A DNA stretch of 64,000 nt from an uncultured Candidatus Saccharibacteria bacterium (GCA_964513645.1 CAZENF010000001.1:200022-264021), one strand, 5' to 3'; counted from the stretch's first letter, positions 17,307-26,767 are shown. The notes: a model not told the origin generated them from the sequence alone. Numbers and translations: made by a program.

Positions 17307-17879
17307 ATGAACCAAGTCGTTCCGATTGAACCATACTATGACGGCTGGTCGAGTTTTTTTAGGCAAGTATTTAAGCTTAACTTACCTTCTCAAGAAAACA
17401 TCAAAATCCCTCAAACCGATAAAGAATTTAATTGGTCGGTTATTATTCCTCAAGGCCTTACGATTGAAAAAATTATTTCGAGTTACGAAGATGTCTGCCC
17501 TGTTTGGCGATGGACAAATGATAATATCGATACAAATACCAGATCGGTCAGAACAGCCGATAATGGTCCATACCTCGTCCGGTTGCGAGCTGGAATTGAG
17601 CCGGAAGATAATTACAAAAACACTACTGCCAAATATATCGAGAAGTCCAATATTAAAGGTATGACACTGATGGAGCGTCTGCTCTTGGGCCGGTTTGACA
17701 ATTGGGTAAGTAAGGAGCATTTGGATCTGGTGAATCTAACACGCTGTGACGGAACCAGAGATTTTCGAGGTTATGTTCCGGCTGTGTATTTTGATACACG
17801 CGACGGTAAGCTTTATGTTTTCAGGCATGATGATGAGGAGTGCGAAGAAAGACTCAGAACAAGGGAGGTGCGAGCATGA
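17307..17879 (+). CDS. Hypothetical soluble protein (190 aa), no recognisable domain
   Basis: ORF with an AAAGGCGGG Shine-Dalgarno-like element upstream. Its stop overlaps the next start (ATGA at 17876-17879). Confidence 0.5.
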   Translation: MNQVVPIEPYYDGWSSFFRQVFKLNLPSQENIKIPQTDKEFNWSVIIPQGLTIEKIISSYEDVCPVWRWTNDNIDTNTRSVRTADNGPYLVRLRAGIEPEDNYKNTTAKYIEKSNIKGMTLMERLLLGRFDNWVSKEHLDLVNLTRCDGTRDFRGYVPAVYFDTRDGKLYVFRHDDEECEERLRTREVRA

Positions 17880-18814
17880 ATCATGATCTAAATAAGCGTA
17901 TCGAAAGATTTGACGAGTTAGCTTCAAGGACCGAGTGCGAAAGACTGGCACCGCTGATCCTGAAGTTAAAAATAAAACCGGAACTTTACGCCACGTTAAG
18001 ACATGCAGTCGCAGTATATATGTCGGGCTGTCTTCTCGATGATAAAATATCAGTCACTGAACCGGATATCATGTCCCGGTTCCACGAAAAATTAAAGGAA
18101 TTGAAAAACAAGAACAAGAACGGCTGTCTTCTGCCCAGACGCGAACTAATACTGGAATATAATGCGGTCTATCGCGCTTATGCCGACATAATGAGAAGTT
18201 TTAATTTCAGAGGCCTGTTAGGAGCCTTCTCCGGAATGCTCACGATCCGCCACAAAGACGGCTGGGACCAGAGCGCTTGGGCCGATGAGAACAATAACGC
18301 AAAAACTTATTCGACCGAGAATCCTCATTCTGATGCCTGGTTGGGTGAATCAGCCCACAGCACCAATACCATCACTCCGATATTCGGCGACCTGCCAAAT
18401 AACAACTGTGCCTATTATTCGCCTCCTGATAATTTTTCAGACAGATGGCTAAGGATCATAAAATTCCTTGATGGTGCGGAATATTTCAGCCACTACGATC
18501 CACAACTCGCCGCTGAAAGCTCGGAAGCCGGCTTTACTTATATCTCGGATATCTCAGTAATCCACAAATCGCATCTTAAACGAGACGCCGGTTCGCGCGT
18601 ATCCATCGATCATCTTTCTTATTTTGATCTTGGCGGCAGTGAACTCTATCATCCAACACATCCCCGTTTAAGCTATAATGATTTTTGCAGTATCGGCCGC
18701 GAAAAACTGATAACTTTCAAACCCTCCATCTATGACCCAATAACGATAGAAAATGCCGATCCCCATAAATCCTGGGGAGTCATGGATATTTCAAAAGAAA
18801 CTGTATTAAAATAA
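17876..18814 (+). CDS. Hypothetical protein (about 312 aa) with His-rich segments, unknown function
   Basis: The ORF is open from 17840, but the ATG at 17876 is translationally coupled to the upstream gene. Contains HKSH...H and HPTHP motifs but no confident family assignment. Confidence 0.5.
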   Translation: MNHDLNKRIERFDELASRTECERLAPLILKLKIKPELYATLRHAVAVYMSGCLLDDKISVTEPDIMSRFHEKLKELKNKNKNGCLLPRRELILEYNAVYRAYADIMRSFNFRGLLGAFSGMLTIRHKDGWDQSAWADENNNAKTYSTENPHSDAWLGESAHSTNTITPIFGDLPNNNCAYYSPPDNFSDRWLRIIKFLDGAEYFSHYDPQLAAESSEAGFTYISDISVIHKSHLKRDAGSRVSIDHLSYFDLGGSELYHPTHPRLSYNDFCSIGREKLITFKPSIYDPITIENADPHKSWGVMDISKETVLK

Positions 18815-18838
18815 AACCGCCATTTAGGCGGTTTTTAA
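18813..18838. terminator. Bidirectional terminator shared by convergent genes
   Basis: AAACCGCC-ATTTA-GGCGGTTT followed by TTTT. The minus-strand gene stop codon (18824-18826) sits in the loop. Confidence 0.65.
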
Positions 18839-19471
18839 TTTGCTCCAGACAAAATAGAACTGGGGATAAAGTGTATCCGGAGGCCGGAAGACTTCAATGA
18901 TCTTAAGGCCTCCTTCGCTGATCATATTTTCAAAATCTTCCGGCCTGGTAAAACCCAGCCGGCTGACATTTCCGTTCTCCTGAATAATTACCGAGCCGCC
19001 GGGTTTAAGAAAATTACCCACGCGTTCGTATAATTTTTTATGAACCCTAAGGTTCAGGTCAAATGTCCGGATATCAGAAAGACGGATATCTTCTGAATCT
19101 GTCAGAAAATGAGGAGGGTTTGAGACCACAAGGTCCCATTTTTCAGTTTCAGGTATTGAGTCCAGGCAATCAGATTCAAATACCCTAACCTTGTCTTCAA
19201 GATGATTATCTCTGACCGTTTTACGGCACAATTCAACCGATGCCGAGTTTATATCGGCAAGAGTCAACTTAGCACAGAGCCCGCTTGAGAGAAGTGAAAA
19301 ACCTATAAAACCCGGGCCGGCGCAATATTCAAAGACATGCTCAACTTTTCCAAGCTTTTTTGAAATAACACCAAGATAATCCTGGCCGTATTGGCGGCCT
19401 CCGCCTTCAAGCCGAGTTGTATAACTAACCCCTATATTTCCATAAAAAACCAACCTTAATACGTCGTCCAT
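18824..19471 (-). CDS. Class I SAM-dependent methyltransferase, methyltransferase small domain with NPPH amino-methyltransferase motif
   Basis: 215 aa; EYCAGPGFIGFSL (motif I) and VVSNPPHF (motif IV, typical of N-directed MTases such as RsmC/HemK-like). Confidence 0.7.
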   Translation of the reverse strand: MDDVLRLVFYGNIGVSYTTRLEGGGRQYGQDYLGVISKKLGKVEHVFEYCAGPGFIGFSLLSSGLCAKLTLADINSASVELCRKTVRDNHLEDKVRVFESDCLDSIPETEKWDLVVSNPPHFLTDSEDIRLSDIRTFDLNLRVHKKLYERVGNFLKPGGSVIIQENGNVSRLGFTRPEDFENMISEGGLKIIEVFRPPDTLYPQFYFVWSKLKTA

Positions 19472-19600
19472 GATCCGTCATTTAAAAGATGCTGACCCAT
19501 ATTACAGCGCCTTAGGAACTAAATCAAATCATGTTTGACGAACCAATTTTTTGATAGTATAATCTGTCCAGTTATTTTTACAAAAAGGATATATCAATTC

Positions 19601-20407
19601 ATGACCGAACTTCTTAAACTTGAAGAACGAGCAAGGCGAGTAAGAAAAGATATATTAGATATGGCTTATAATGCGAGTGATTCACATATCGGCTGCGCAA
19701 TGTCCGTGGTTGAAATACTTGTCGGCCTCTATTTTAAAGTTATGAATATAAACCCTAATGATCCACGCTGGCAAGAACGTGACCGCTTCGTCTTAAGCAA
19801 AGGCCATGTCGCATCGGCATTATATTCGGTTTTGTCCGAACGGGAATTTTTCCCCAAGAACTTTTTGTCTGAATTCGCCAGGAATGGAAGCTTTTTATCA
19901 AGCCATGTTGACGGTTCCGCTCTTCCCGGAGTTGAGACCTCGGGCGGTTCCGGAGGTCATGGTCTGTCGCTTGGCGCAGGGATGGCCCTTGCTGCCAAGA
20001 TGGATAATTCAAAACGCCGGATATTTGTTCTGTGCGGAGACGGAGAACTTCAGGAAGGTTCGGTCTGGGAAGCGGCGATGTTCGCAGCTTCAAGGAAATT
20101 GAACAACTTAACCCTTGTCATAGATCGAAACCATTATCAAACCTGGGATGATGTTGACAATGTTGTTTCTCCTGAACCTTTGGATAAAAAATTCGACGCT
20201 TTTGGATGGGAAACCGAAAGAGTTGAAGGTCACAGATTTGTCGCCCTGTGTCATGTGCTTAGCAGATATACCGATAGACCGCACGCTGTTATCGCTGAAA
20301 CGGTCAAAGGTAAAGGAATATCATTCATGGAAAACAAAGGAGAATGGCACAATGGCGTCCTCACCAAAGAACAATATGAAGCCGCGGTAAAGGAGGTATC
20401 CTACTAA
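19601..20407 (+). CDS. Transketolase, N-terminal (TPP-binding) subunit of a split transketolase
   Basis: GHVASALYSVL...GSGGHGLSLGAGMALA...VLCGDGELQEGSVWEA. The ORF is open from 19535, but ATG 19601 preceded by AAGGA is the likely start. Confidence 0.8.
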   Translation: MTELLKLEERARRVRKDILDMAYNASDSHIGCAMSVVEILVGLYFKVMNINPNDPRWQERDRFVLSKGHVASALYSVLSEREFFPKNFLSEFARNGSFLSSHVDGSALPGVETSGGSGGHGLSLGAGMALAAKMDNSKRRIFVLCGDGELQEGSVWEAAMFAASRKLNNLTLVIDRNHYQTWDDVDNVVSPEPLDKKFDAFGWETERVEGHRFVALCHVLSRYTDRPHAVIAETVKGKGISFMENKGEWHNGVLTKEQYEAAVKEVSY

Positions 20408-21315
20408 TGCGAAACGCGGTTATCGAAGCTCTATATCAGGAGGCCGTAAAAGATCCCCGGATCTGTTTTTTTACCGGCGATTTCCAGCATGTCAGAGAAA
20501 GAGATTTCATCGCCATGGGACAAAGATACCAGAACGCCGGAATGGCCGAACAGAATATAATCGGTCTCGCTGCAGGTGCAGCATTAAGCGGAAAAAAAGT
20601 TTTCGTTTATTCCATAATCCCCTTCATAACTCTCCGTTGTCTTGAACAGATAAAAATGGATGTTTGCGTCCACAATGTAGACGTAACTATCATCGGCGGC
20701 GGAGCGGGTTTTACTTACGGTACCTGCGGTCCCAGCCATCTTGCAATCGAAGATATTGCAGTAATGCGTGCCTTGCCCAACATGAAAATAGTCTGCCCTT
20801 CCGGCCCGCGGGAAGCGGTCCAGCTTTTGAGTCAGGTCATCAAAGCCAGTGGCCCGACATATTTACGCCTGAACAAAAGAGGAGAAAAGGATCTACACGA
20901 TCATCTCCCGATAATGGGACATGGGGTGGTTATCCGTCCCGGTTCTGACATAACAATAATCGCAACCGGCACCATTGTGGCAGAGGCGCTTGAAGCCGCA
21001 ACAATACTTTCCGCTTCAGGTATTTCAACCGAAGTGGTCAATATGCACACGATAAAACCGATTGACAAAAACCTTATCCTTAAGAGGGTATACACAAAGA
21101 GACTGATCTGTACCCTTGAGGAACACAGCGTCATCGGCGGCTTGGGCAGCGCCGTATCTGAAATTATCGCCGGAAAAAATATCAGAGCGGGTTTTATGTC
21201 ATTTGGCGTAAAGGATAAGTGGCCAGATTTTGTTGGAGACCAGAAATATCTCCGAAAAGGAACAGGTCTCAACGGCGAATCAATCGCATCAGCCATCAAA
21301 GAAAGTTACGTGTAA
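20407..21315 (+). CDS. Transketolase, C-terminal (pyrimidine-binding and C-terminal domain) subunit
   Basis: 302 aa; FFTGDFQHV...GMAEQNIIGLAAGAALSGKKVFVYSIIPF. Start overlaps the upstream stop (TAATG). Confidence 0.8.
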   Translation: MRNAVIEALYQEAVKDPRICFFTGDFQHVRERDFIAMGQRYQNAGMAEQNIIGLAAGAALSGKKVFVYSIIPFITLRCLEQIKMDVCVHNVDVTIIGGGAGFTYGTCGPSHLAIEDIAVMRALPNMKIVCPSGPREAVQLLSQVIKASGPTYLRLNKRGEKDLHDHLPIMGHGVVIRPGSDITIIATGTIVAEALEAATILSASGISTEVVNMHTIKPIDKNLILKRVYTKRLICTLEEHSVIGGLGSAVSEIIAGKNIRAGFMSFGVKDKWPDFVGDQKYLRKGTGLNGESIASAIKESYV

Positions 21316-22155
21316 ATGAACATTCCTCTTCTTTTCCAGAACTCTGCTCCGGAAGAAAGAGAATATTTTACAAAGCTCGCACATTCTCATCAAAAAGAAC
21401 TCAAGCTTCATGAGAGCTACGGACTTTGGGAAAAAGAACCTTCGGGAAAAACCTGGACCAATGTTACGGAACATTGCCTGATAGAAGCCGCCCGTTCAAA
21501 AGTATTATCGAGCTGGCTCAATTTGCCTCAAGACATACGTGATTCAATGGAATCAGCCGCAGTTGTGCATGATTTTTACAAAAAAAGAGAAATAGAACTG
21601 GTGCATGAAGATATAAAAGCCGGAAGAACCGGAAAAGACGGCACCCTCAAAGCCTCCGACGAATCTGAAAAAATCATGAGTAGCTTGGGATTTGACGATT
21701 TCGTCGTCTCACTGGTTGAATGCGTCGGGGCGACCCAGATGAATCTTCATCGGATGAAAAGAATGCTTGACCTTAAATTCAGGAGTGATGAAGACCTGGC
21801 CCATCTGGCCATTCACTACATTGATGATTACACCATTCATAGTTGCTGGGCAAAACCGGCGGAAATAAAAGAAGGAAAGAAAAAAAATGATGCCGACAGA
21901 AGGAACGAAAAAAATATTCAGAATCCTGACTATAAAAAAATGGGGGCTGAAAGTACAAAGCTCAACCAAAATTCACCGTATTTCAAAGGTATGAGCATGT
22001 ATGAATCAGCTGTGTATGTCGACCATCTTATAGAAAATGAATTTGCCGGGATAATCAGAAATCACGGAATAACTATCGGTGACCCGATAGATCTTCCGTG
22101 GCTTGTAGACAATTACTTAAGAAATAAAATAAATAAAAAACGCGACCTACATTAG
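21316..22155 (+). CDS. HD-domain phosphohydrolase-like protein
   Basis: 279 aa; H (TEHCL) ... HD (AAVVHDFYK) at HD-domain spacing. Confidence 0.45.
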   Translation: MNIPLLFQNSAPEEREYFTKLAHSHQKELKLHESYGLWEKEPSGKTWTNVTEHCLIEAARSKVLSSWLNLPQDIRDSMESAAVVHDFYKKREIELVHEDIKAGRTGKDGTLKASDESEKIMSSLGFDDFVVSLVECVGATQMNLHRMKRMLDLKFRSDEDLAHLAIHYIDDYTIHSCWAKPAEIKEGKKKNDADRRNEKNIQNPDYKKMGAESTKLNQNSPYFKGMSMYESAVYVDHLIENEFAGIIRNHGITIGDPIDLPWLVDNYLRNKINKKRDLH

Positions 22156-22626
22156 GCCGCGTATTTTTTTTATGATCGCACTCGTTGATATCGGAAATTC
22201 TCGATGGAAAATTTCTAAAGGCACATCCCACCTCTTTGAAAGGCCCCGCCGTTTTTCTATGTCACCATCATCATTAACAGCCCAAACATCCGGTTTAAAA
22301 TATAAGAATATCTCTTCGATTGGAAGGAGCCAGTGCTCACCTTTTTTAGAAGGATTTGAAAAGAACGAATAATCTACCGCTCTCATGGCATCAACCACCC
22401 TTAAGCGCAGATCCTGACCCAGGATAGGGAGCTGAGGGTTTTTATTATTTCTGATATCCTCATCTGTGCCTACGGCAACAACAAGGATATCGCCTAAACT
22501 TTTACAATTCTCAAGAAAAATGACATGGCCGGCATGAAATAAGTCAAAAGTCCCGGAACAAAAAACTATTTTTTTATCCGGACGCTTTTCCCTGAGTTTT
22601 GAAAGATCGTCATAACAAATGACCAT
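22147..22626 (-). CDS. Stand-alone cytidylyltransferase-like nucleotidyltransferase (second paralog)
   Basis: 159 aa; KKIVFCSGTFDLFHAGHVIFLE, collinear with 7409..7906. Confidence 0.75.
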   Translation of the reverse strand: MVICYDDLSKLREKRPDKKIVFCSGTFDLFHAGHVIFLENCKSLGDILVVAVGTDEDIRNNKNPQLPILGQDLRLRVVDAMRAVDYSFFSNPSKKGEHWLLPIEEIFLYFKPDVWAVNDDGDIEKRRGLSKRWDVPLEIFHREFPISTSAIIKKIRGLM

Positions 22627-22691
22627 GTTGCAAAGCCTCTTTGGTGAACTAGGATATTAATAGCATAAATTTTAGAAAAATCAACCTTAAA

Positions 22692-22719
22692 TTGACATAC
22701 CTGTCAAAAAATATATAAT
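22692..22719 (+). promoter_or_regulatory. Sigma70-type promoter TTGACA-N16-TATAAT, with the palindrome TTGACATACCTGTCAA overlapping the -35
   Basis: TTGACA 22692-22697, TATAAT 22714-22719, about 30 bp upstream of the 22750 SDR gene. The inverted repeat TTGACA/TGTCAA spans 22692-22707. Confidence 0.5.
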
Positions 22720-22749
22720 AATTCAAGCTTTTTTGAAAACGAGGTATAC

Positions 22750-23550
22750 ATGAACTTAGGCCTTAAAGGCAAGACAGCCCTTGTTACCGGCTCAAGCCAA
22801 GGCATCGGCAAAGCCTGCGCCCTAGCACTGGCCCGTGAAGGATGCAATGTTATTTTGTGTGCCAGAGACATGGATAAATTAAAAAGAACTCAGAAACAAA
22901 TTTCCAATTTGTACCCAACCGTCAACGTAAGCTACGACCATGTTGATGTAACTGACCGTGAAAGGATAAAATATTTCATCAGCCATATCGGAGCTCTTGA
23001 TATCCTGGTCAACAATGCCGGCGGCTCTTCGGATAAAGAAGTTAAACTTTTTGACATCCCCGAAGAGGAATGGATACATATGTTCAAGCTTAATACCTTG
23101 AGCGCGCTTTGGTTCACCGAATTCTGTGTTCCCCTTCTTGAAAGATCGTCCCAGCCGAGAGTAATCAATATCGGCACCAAGGCATCGCATGAACCTGGTT
23201 ATACCAATGCACCTTACGCCACGGCTAAATCAGGTCTTGATTACCTGAACAAGAGAATGTCTAACGAACTTGCCCCTAAAGGTATCCCAGTTAATCTTAT
23301 CGGGCCACATATGCTTACCTCTGAAACCTGGGAAAGAAAACTTGAACAGAAAGCCAAAGATAACAATGTTTCGGTCGATGAAGCGCGGGCGATGACCCTC
23401 AAAGAAATACTCAAGCAAATACCGATGGGCCGGCAAGGCACGACAGAAGATGTCGCCAACCTTGTCGTGTTCCTTGCCTCCGCCCAGGCAAACTTCATTA
23501 CCGGTGGTTATTTCCCTCTCGACGGGGGAAATTCCCGGTATCGTTACTAA
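22750..23550 (+). CDS. Short-chain dehydrogenase/reductase (classical SDR)
   Basis: 266 aa; TGSSQGIGKA, NNAG, and catalytic YATAKSGL (YxxxK). Confidence 0.85.
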   Translation: MNLGLKGKTALVTGSSQGIGKACALALAREGCNVILCARDMDKLKRTQKQISNLYPTVNVSYDHVDVTDRERIKYFISHIGALDILVNNAGGSSDKEVKLFDIPEEEWIHMFKLNTLSALWFTEFCVPLLERSSQPRVINIGTKASHEPGYTNAPYATAKSGLDYLNKRMSNELAPKGIPVNLIGPHMLTSETWERKLEQKAKDNNVSVDEARAMTLKEILKQIPMGRQGTTEDVANLVVFLASAQANFITGGYFPLDGGNSRYRY

Positions 23551-23559
23551 GGAGAACCG

Positions 23560-24516
23560 ATGAGATACAGGCGGCTTGGAAAAACCCTCGTTGTTTCAGA
23601 AATAGGATTCGGCGGCTGGGGCATCGGCGGCGTGACTACCGGTGCTACATCGTACGGAGCGACCGACGACAGAGAATCTGTCAGGACGCTTCAAAAAGCT
23701 TTCGATAACGGCATAAGCTATTACGATACAGCGGGTGTTTATGGCCACAGCGAAGAACTGATAGGCCGGACATTCAAAGATTGCCGAGGACAAGTTGTCA
23801 TCGGCACCAAGGTCGGATTTCATGACCATCTCGAACCACAAGATTTTACCAAAGAAAACATCAGCGCTTCGCTTGAAAAAAGTCTGAAAAATATGGGGAC
23901 CGACTATGTTGATCTTTATCAGCTTCATAACCCTGACAACCCGGATATCACAAAGACCCTGAACGATGATGTTGTCAGTACTTTGTTAAGATTAAAAGAG
24001 AAAGGTCTGACCAGGGCTTTAGGTGTCTCGGTTAAATCACCCCAAAGCGGATTGGTTGCTCTGGGATACGGAATTTTTGATTCTGTCCAAACAAATTTGA
24101 GCATGCTCGACCAAAGAGCATCCGAGGCCGGCCTCCTCCAAAAAGCCCATGAAAAGGATGTCGGCATTATCGGCCGGACGCCTTTAAACTTCGGCTTCCT
24201 GACCGAAAACGGAAAAACCATGAGTCTCGACTTCGGACCCAGAGACCACCGGTCTTTGTGGAAAAGACCTCAACTCGAAGCCTGGCAAAAAGGCGCAAAA
24301 ATATTCTCTGAAGTAATACCGGAAGAACCCTTGGCAATTCTGGCTTTGCGCTTTTGTCTCGGTTTTCCGGAAGCTTCAACGATTATTCCAGGACTGATAA
24401 CGGTAAATGATGTTTTACAAAATGTTGTCGCCTCAACCAGAGAAAAATTGGGTTCAGACAAATTCGAAAAGATCCGACAGATATATCTCGAAAACAAAGG
24501 ATTTTTCGCCAAATGA
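23560..24516 (+). CDS. Aldo/keto reductase
   Basis: 318 aa; YRRLGKT...SEIGFGGWGIGG, YYDTAGVYGHSEELIG, DLYQLHNPD. Confidence 0.85.
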   Translation: MRYRRLGKTLVVSEIGFGGWGIGGVTTGATSYGATDDRESVRTLQKAFDNGISYYDTAGVYGHSEELIGRTFKDCRGQVVIGTKVGFHDHLEPQDFTKENISASLEKSLKNMGTDYVDLYQLHNPDNPDITKTLNDDVVSTLLRLKEKGLTRALGVSVKSPQSGLVALGYGIFDSVQTNLSMLDQRASEAGLLQKAHEKDVGIIGRTPLNFGFLTENGKTMSLDFGPRDHRSLWKRPQLEAWQKGAKIFSEVIPEEPLAILALRFCLGFPEASTIIPGLITVNDVLQNVVASTREKLGSDKFEKIRQIYLENKGFFAK

Positions 24517-24517
24517 G

Positions 24518-24545
24518 AAAAGCCCCTTTCAGGGGCTTTTAATTT
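24518..24545 (+). terminator. Rho-independent terminator
   Basis: AGCCCCT-TTC-AGGGGCT followed by TTTTAATTT. Confidence 0.65.
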
Positions 24546-24609
24546 GGGATAATTTGCCAAATATTATTTTTATGTTAGAGTCCAGCCAGAACTTTTAAAA
24601 ACGGTTGCC

Positions 24610-26760
24610 ATGCCTGACCCTTTCATTCCTTTAAGAATGATCAATCAATACGGCCCTCCAAGGGTCATACCCAAGCCAAGGGAAAAAATAAAGATAGCCC
24701 AGATCCAGCTGAATACAAGCTTTTCGAACCAATACTATTTCCCGCTTGCGGCCGGAATGATCCAGGCCTATGCGAAAAAACATTTTACCTATCCTGAAGA
24801 CCTCGAATTTACCGAAATCATATTCAAATTCCCTCAAAGCAGAAAAGAGATCGATGAAATATCCGAAAGACTTAGTGATTGCCACATCGTGGGCGTCGGA
24901 AGCTATACCTGGGGTGCGGAACATTCATTAGCTTTCGGCCGGGCTTACAAAAAAAGGAATCCCGGCGGGATACTTGTTTTCGGCGGACCCCAAGTCCCCG
25001 ACAGCAAAAAACAATTTCGCCACAACCGGACCAAAGAACTTACTGAAGAAGAAAAGGGTCGGCGGAGAATAAATTTTACTCCCGACTACCATCAAGCTCA
25101 TCCTGAAATCGATATTTGCGTCCATGGCGAAGGCGAAAGAGTATTTACCAAAATTCTTGAACAATTTGCTGTAGACGGATGCTACGATAAAATCTCCGTC
25201 CCCTCGGCAAGTTATATCGACAGAAATGGTGAATTCCATTACAACGATAAGCTTGAGAGGATGAACGATAAAGAATTATCGGACACACCTTCTCCTTTTA
25301 CGACTGGGGTTTTCGACAAACTTATCGAACAAAACCGTGATTTGGTTTTCATAACAATGTACGAAACCAATCGCGGCTGTCCATTTTCCTGCACATATTG
25401 TGACTGGGGCGGAGCAACAGAAGACAAGGTCAGCAAATTTCCAATGCCTCAAGTTTACAATGATATTATGTGGTGTTCGGAACAAAAGGTACCGTACTGG
25501 TTCATCTGTGATGCCAATTGGGGCATCCTCGAAAGAGATGAGCAAATTTCAGAATTTTTTGCCGAAGCAAAATCAAGATTCGGTTATCCTGAAGCGGTTT
25601 CGACCCAAAATTCAAAAAACCCTAAAGCTCATACTATCCGAGCATTAAAAGCCCTCGAAAGAGCCGGGCTCAACAAAGCTACGGTCATGTCCCAGCAGTC
25701 TCTTAACCCGGCAACACTTAAAGCGGTGCGCAGAGACAACATGAAACTTGAACAGTATTACCAGATACAGAAAGAACTGGCCGCTCAAGGTATTTTTACC
25801 ATGACCGACCTTATCCCCGGCATGCCCGAAGAAACCTATGAAACCTTCTTCGATGCCATCGCGACTCTTATCACGAACGGACAACACAATCGGATCCAAT
25901 TCAACATTCTTTCAATCCTCTGCAACACCGAAATGGCCGATTGGGAATATCAGCAACGTTACGGTTTCAAAACCGTAAAAACCAAAATTATAAATGCCCA
26001 TGGAAGCAGGAACGAGCGTGATACCGGGATAGACGAGCTCCAGGAATTTGTTATCGGAACGAACACAATGCCGCCCGAAGACTGGGTCAAAACCTATACT
26101 CTTTGCTGGACTGTGAATTTGTTCTATTTCAGCAAACTCTTCCAAATCCCCATTATCATCCTTCACGAAGTCTATGGCTTCAGCTACAAAGAGATCCTGG
26201 AACTTTTCAGCGCCAAAATACTTAAGAAGTACGGAGATTTTCCGGTCCTATCAGAGATTGAGCAATTCTTTTCCCAGAGAGGTCGGATGATACAAAACGG
26301 CCAGGATGGCGAATTTATTTATTCAGAAGATTGGCTGAAAATTTACTGGATGCCTGACGAGCATATTCTGATAAAAATATGCCGGGAAAATAAACTGAAC
26401 GAGCTTTATAAAGAAGCTTTTGAACTTATGAAAAATCTGGCTGTAACAAAGCCGGAAATACCTTTGGAGATTCTGAAAGAATCGACGGAGCTTAACCGTC
26501 AGCTTTTCAAGATACCGTTTCAGTCAGAAGATCTGACCGTTAAACTTTCCTGGAACATCTGGGAAATCTACCGATCGGTTCTGCTCGGAAAGACAGCGGA
26601 ACTGAAACACCAGTCTAAAGCATTAATTATCGACCGGACCTCCCAAACTTGGTCGACCTGGCAGGATTGGTATCAAAAAATGGTCTGGTATTGTAATCGG
26701 CGCGGAGCATATCTGTACGGTAGCAAGAATCCGCACCCTGAAATCGAAGGACATCATTGA
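24610..26760 (+). CDS. Cobalamin-binding (class B) radical SAM enzyme with C-terminal extension (paralog of 15147)
   Basis: 716 aa; YETNRGCPFSCTYCDWGG and HGEGERV. The C-terminal ...WYCNRRGAYLYGSKN... is collinear with ...WYGSKQSAYLYGNKS... in the 15147 ORF. Confidence 0.8.
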   Translation: MPDPFIPLRMINQYGPPRVIPKPREKIKIAQIQLNTSFSNQYYFPLAAGMIQAYAKKHFTYPEDLEFTEIIFKFPQSRKEIDEISERLSDCHIVGVGSYTWGAEHSLAFGRAYKKRNPGGILVFGGPQVPDSKKQFRHNRTKELTEEEKGRRRINFTPDYHQAHPEIDICVHGEGERVFTKILEQFAVDGCYDKISVPSASYIDRNGEFHYNDKLERMNDKELSDTPSPFTTGVFDKLIEQNRDLVFITMYETNRGCPFSCTYCDWGGATEDKVSKFPMPQVYNDIMWCSEQKVPYWFICDANWGILERDEQISEFFAEAKSRFGYPEAVSTQNSKNPKAHTIRALKALERAGLNKATVMSQQSLNPATLKAVRRDNMKLEQYYQIQKELAAQGIFTMTDLIPGMPEETYETFFDAIATLITNGQHNRIQFNILSILCNTEMADWEYQQRYGFKTVKTKIINAHGSRNERDTGIDELQEFVIGTNTMPPEDWVKTYTLCWTVNLFYFSKLFQIPIIILHEVYGFSYKEILELFSAKILKKYGDFPVLSEIEQFFSQRGRMIQNGQDGEFIYSEDWLKIYWMPDEHILIKICRENKLNELYKEAFELMKNLAVTKPEIPLEILKESTELNRQLFKIPFQSEDLTVKLSWNIWEIYRSVLLGKTAELKHQSKALIIDRTSQTWSTWQDWYQKMVWYCNRRGAYLYGSKNPHPEIEGHH

Positions 26761-26767
26761 TAGTTTC

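Noticed and set aside
19535-19600. Upstream extension of the transketolase N-terminal ORF (MTNQFFDSIICPVIFTKRIYQF...)
   Set aside because: An AAGGA Shine-Dalgarno and the ATG at 19601 (MTELLKLEERAR...) fit a canonical transketolase N-terminus. The upstream 22 codons are probably non-coding promoter DNA shared with the divergent methyltransferase gene.
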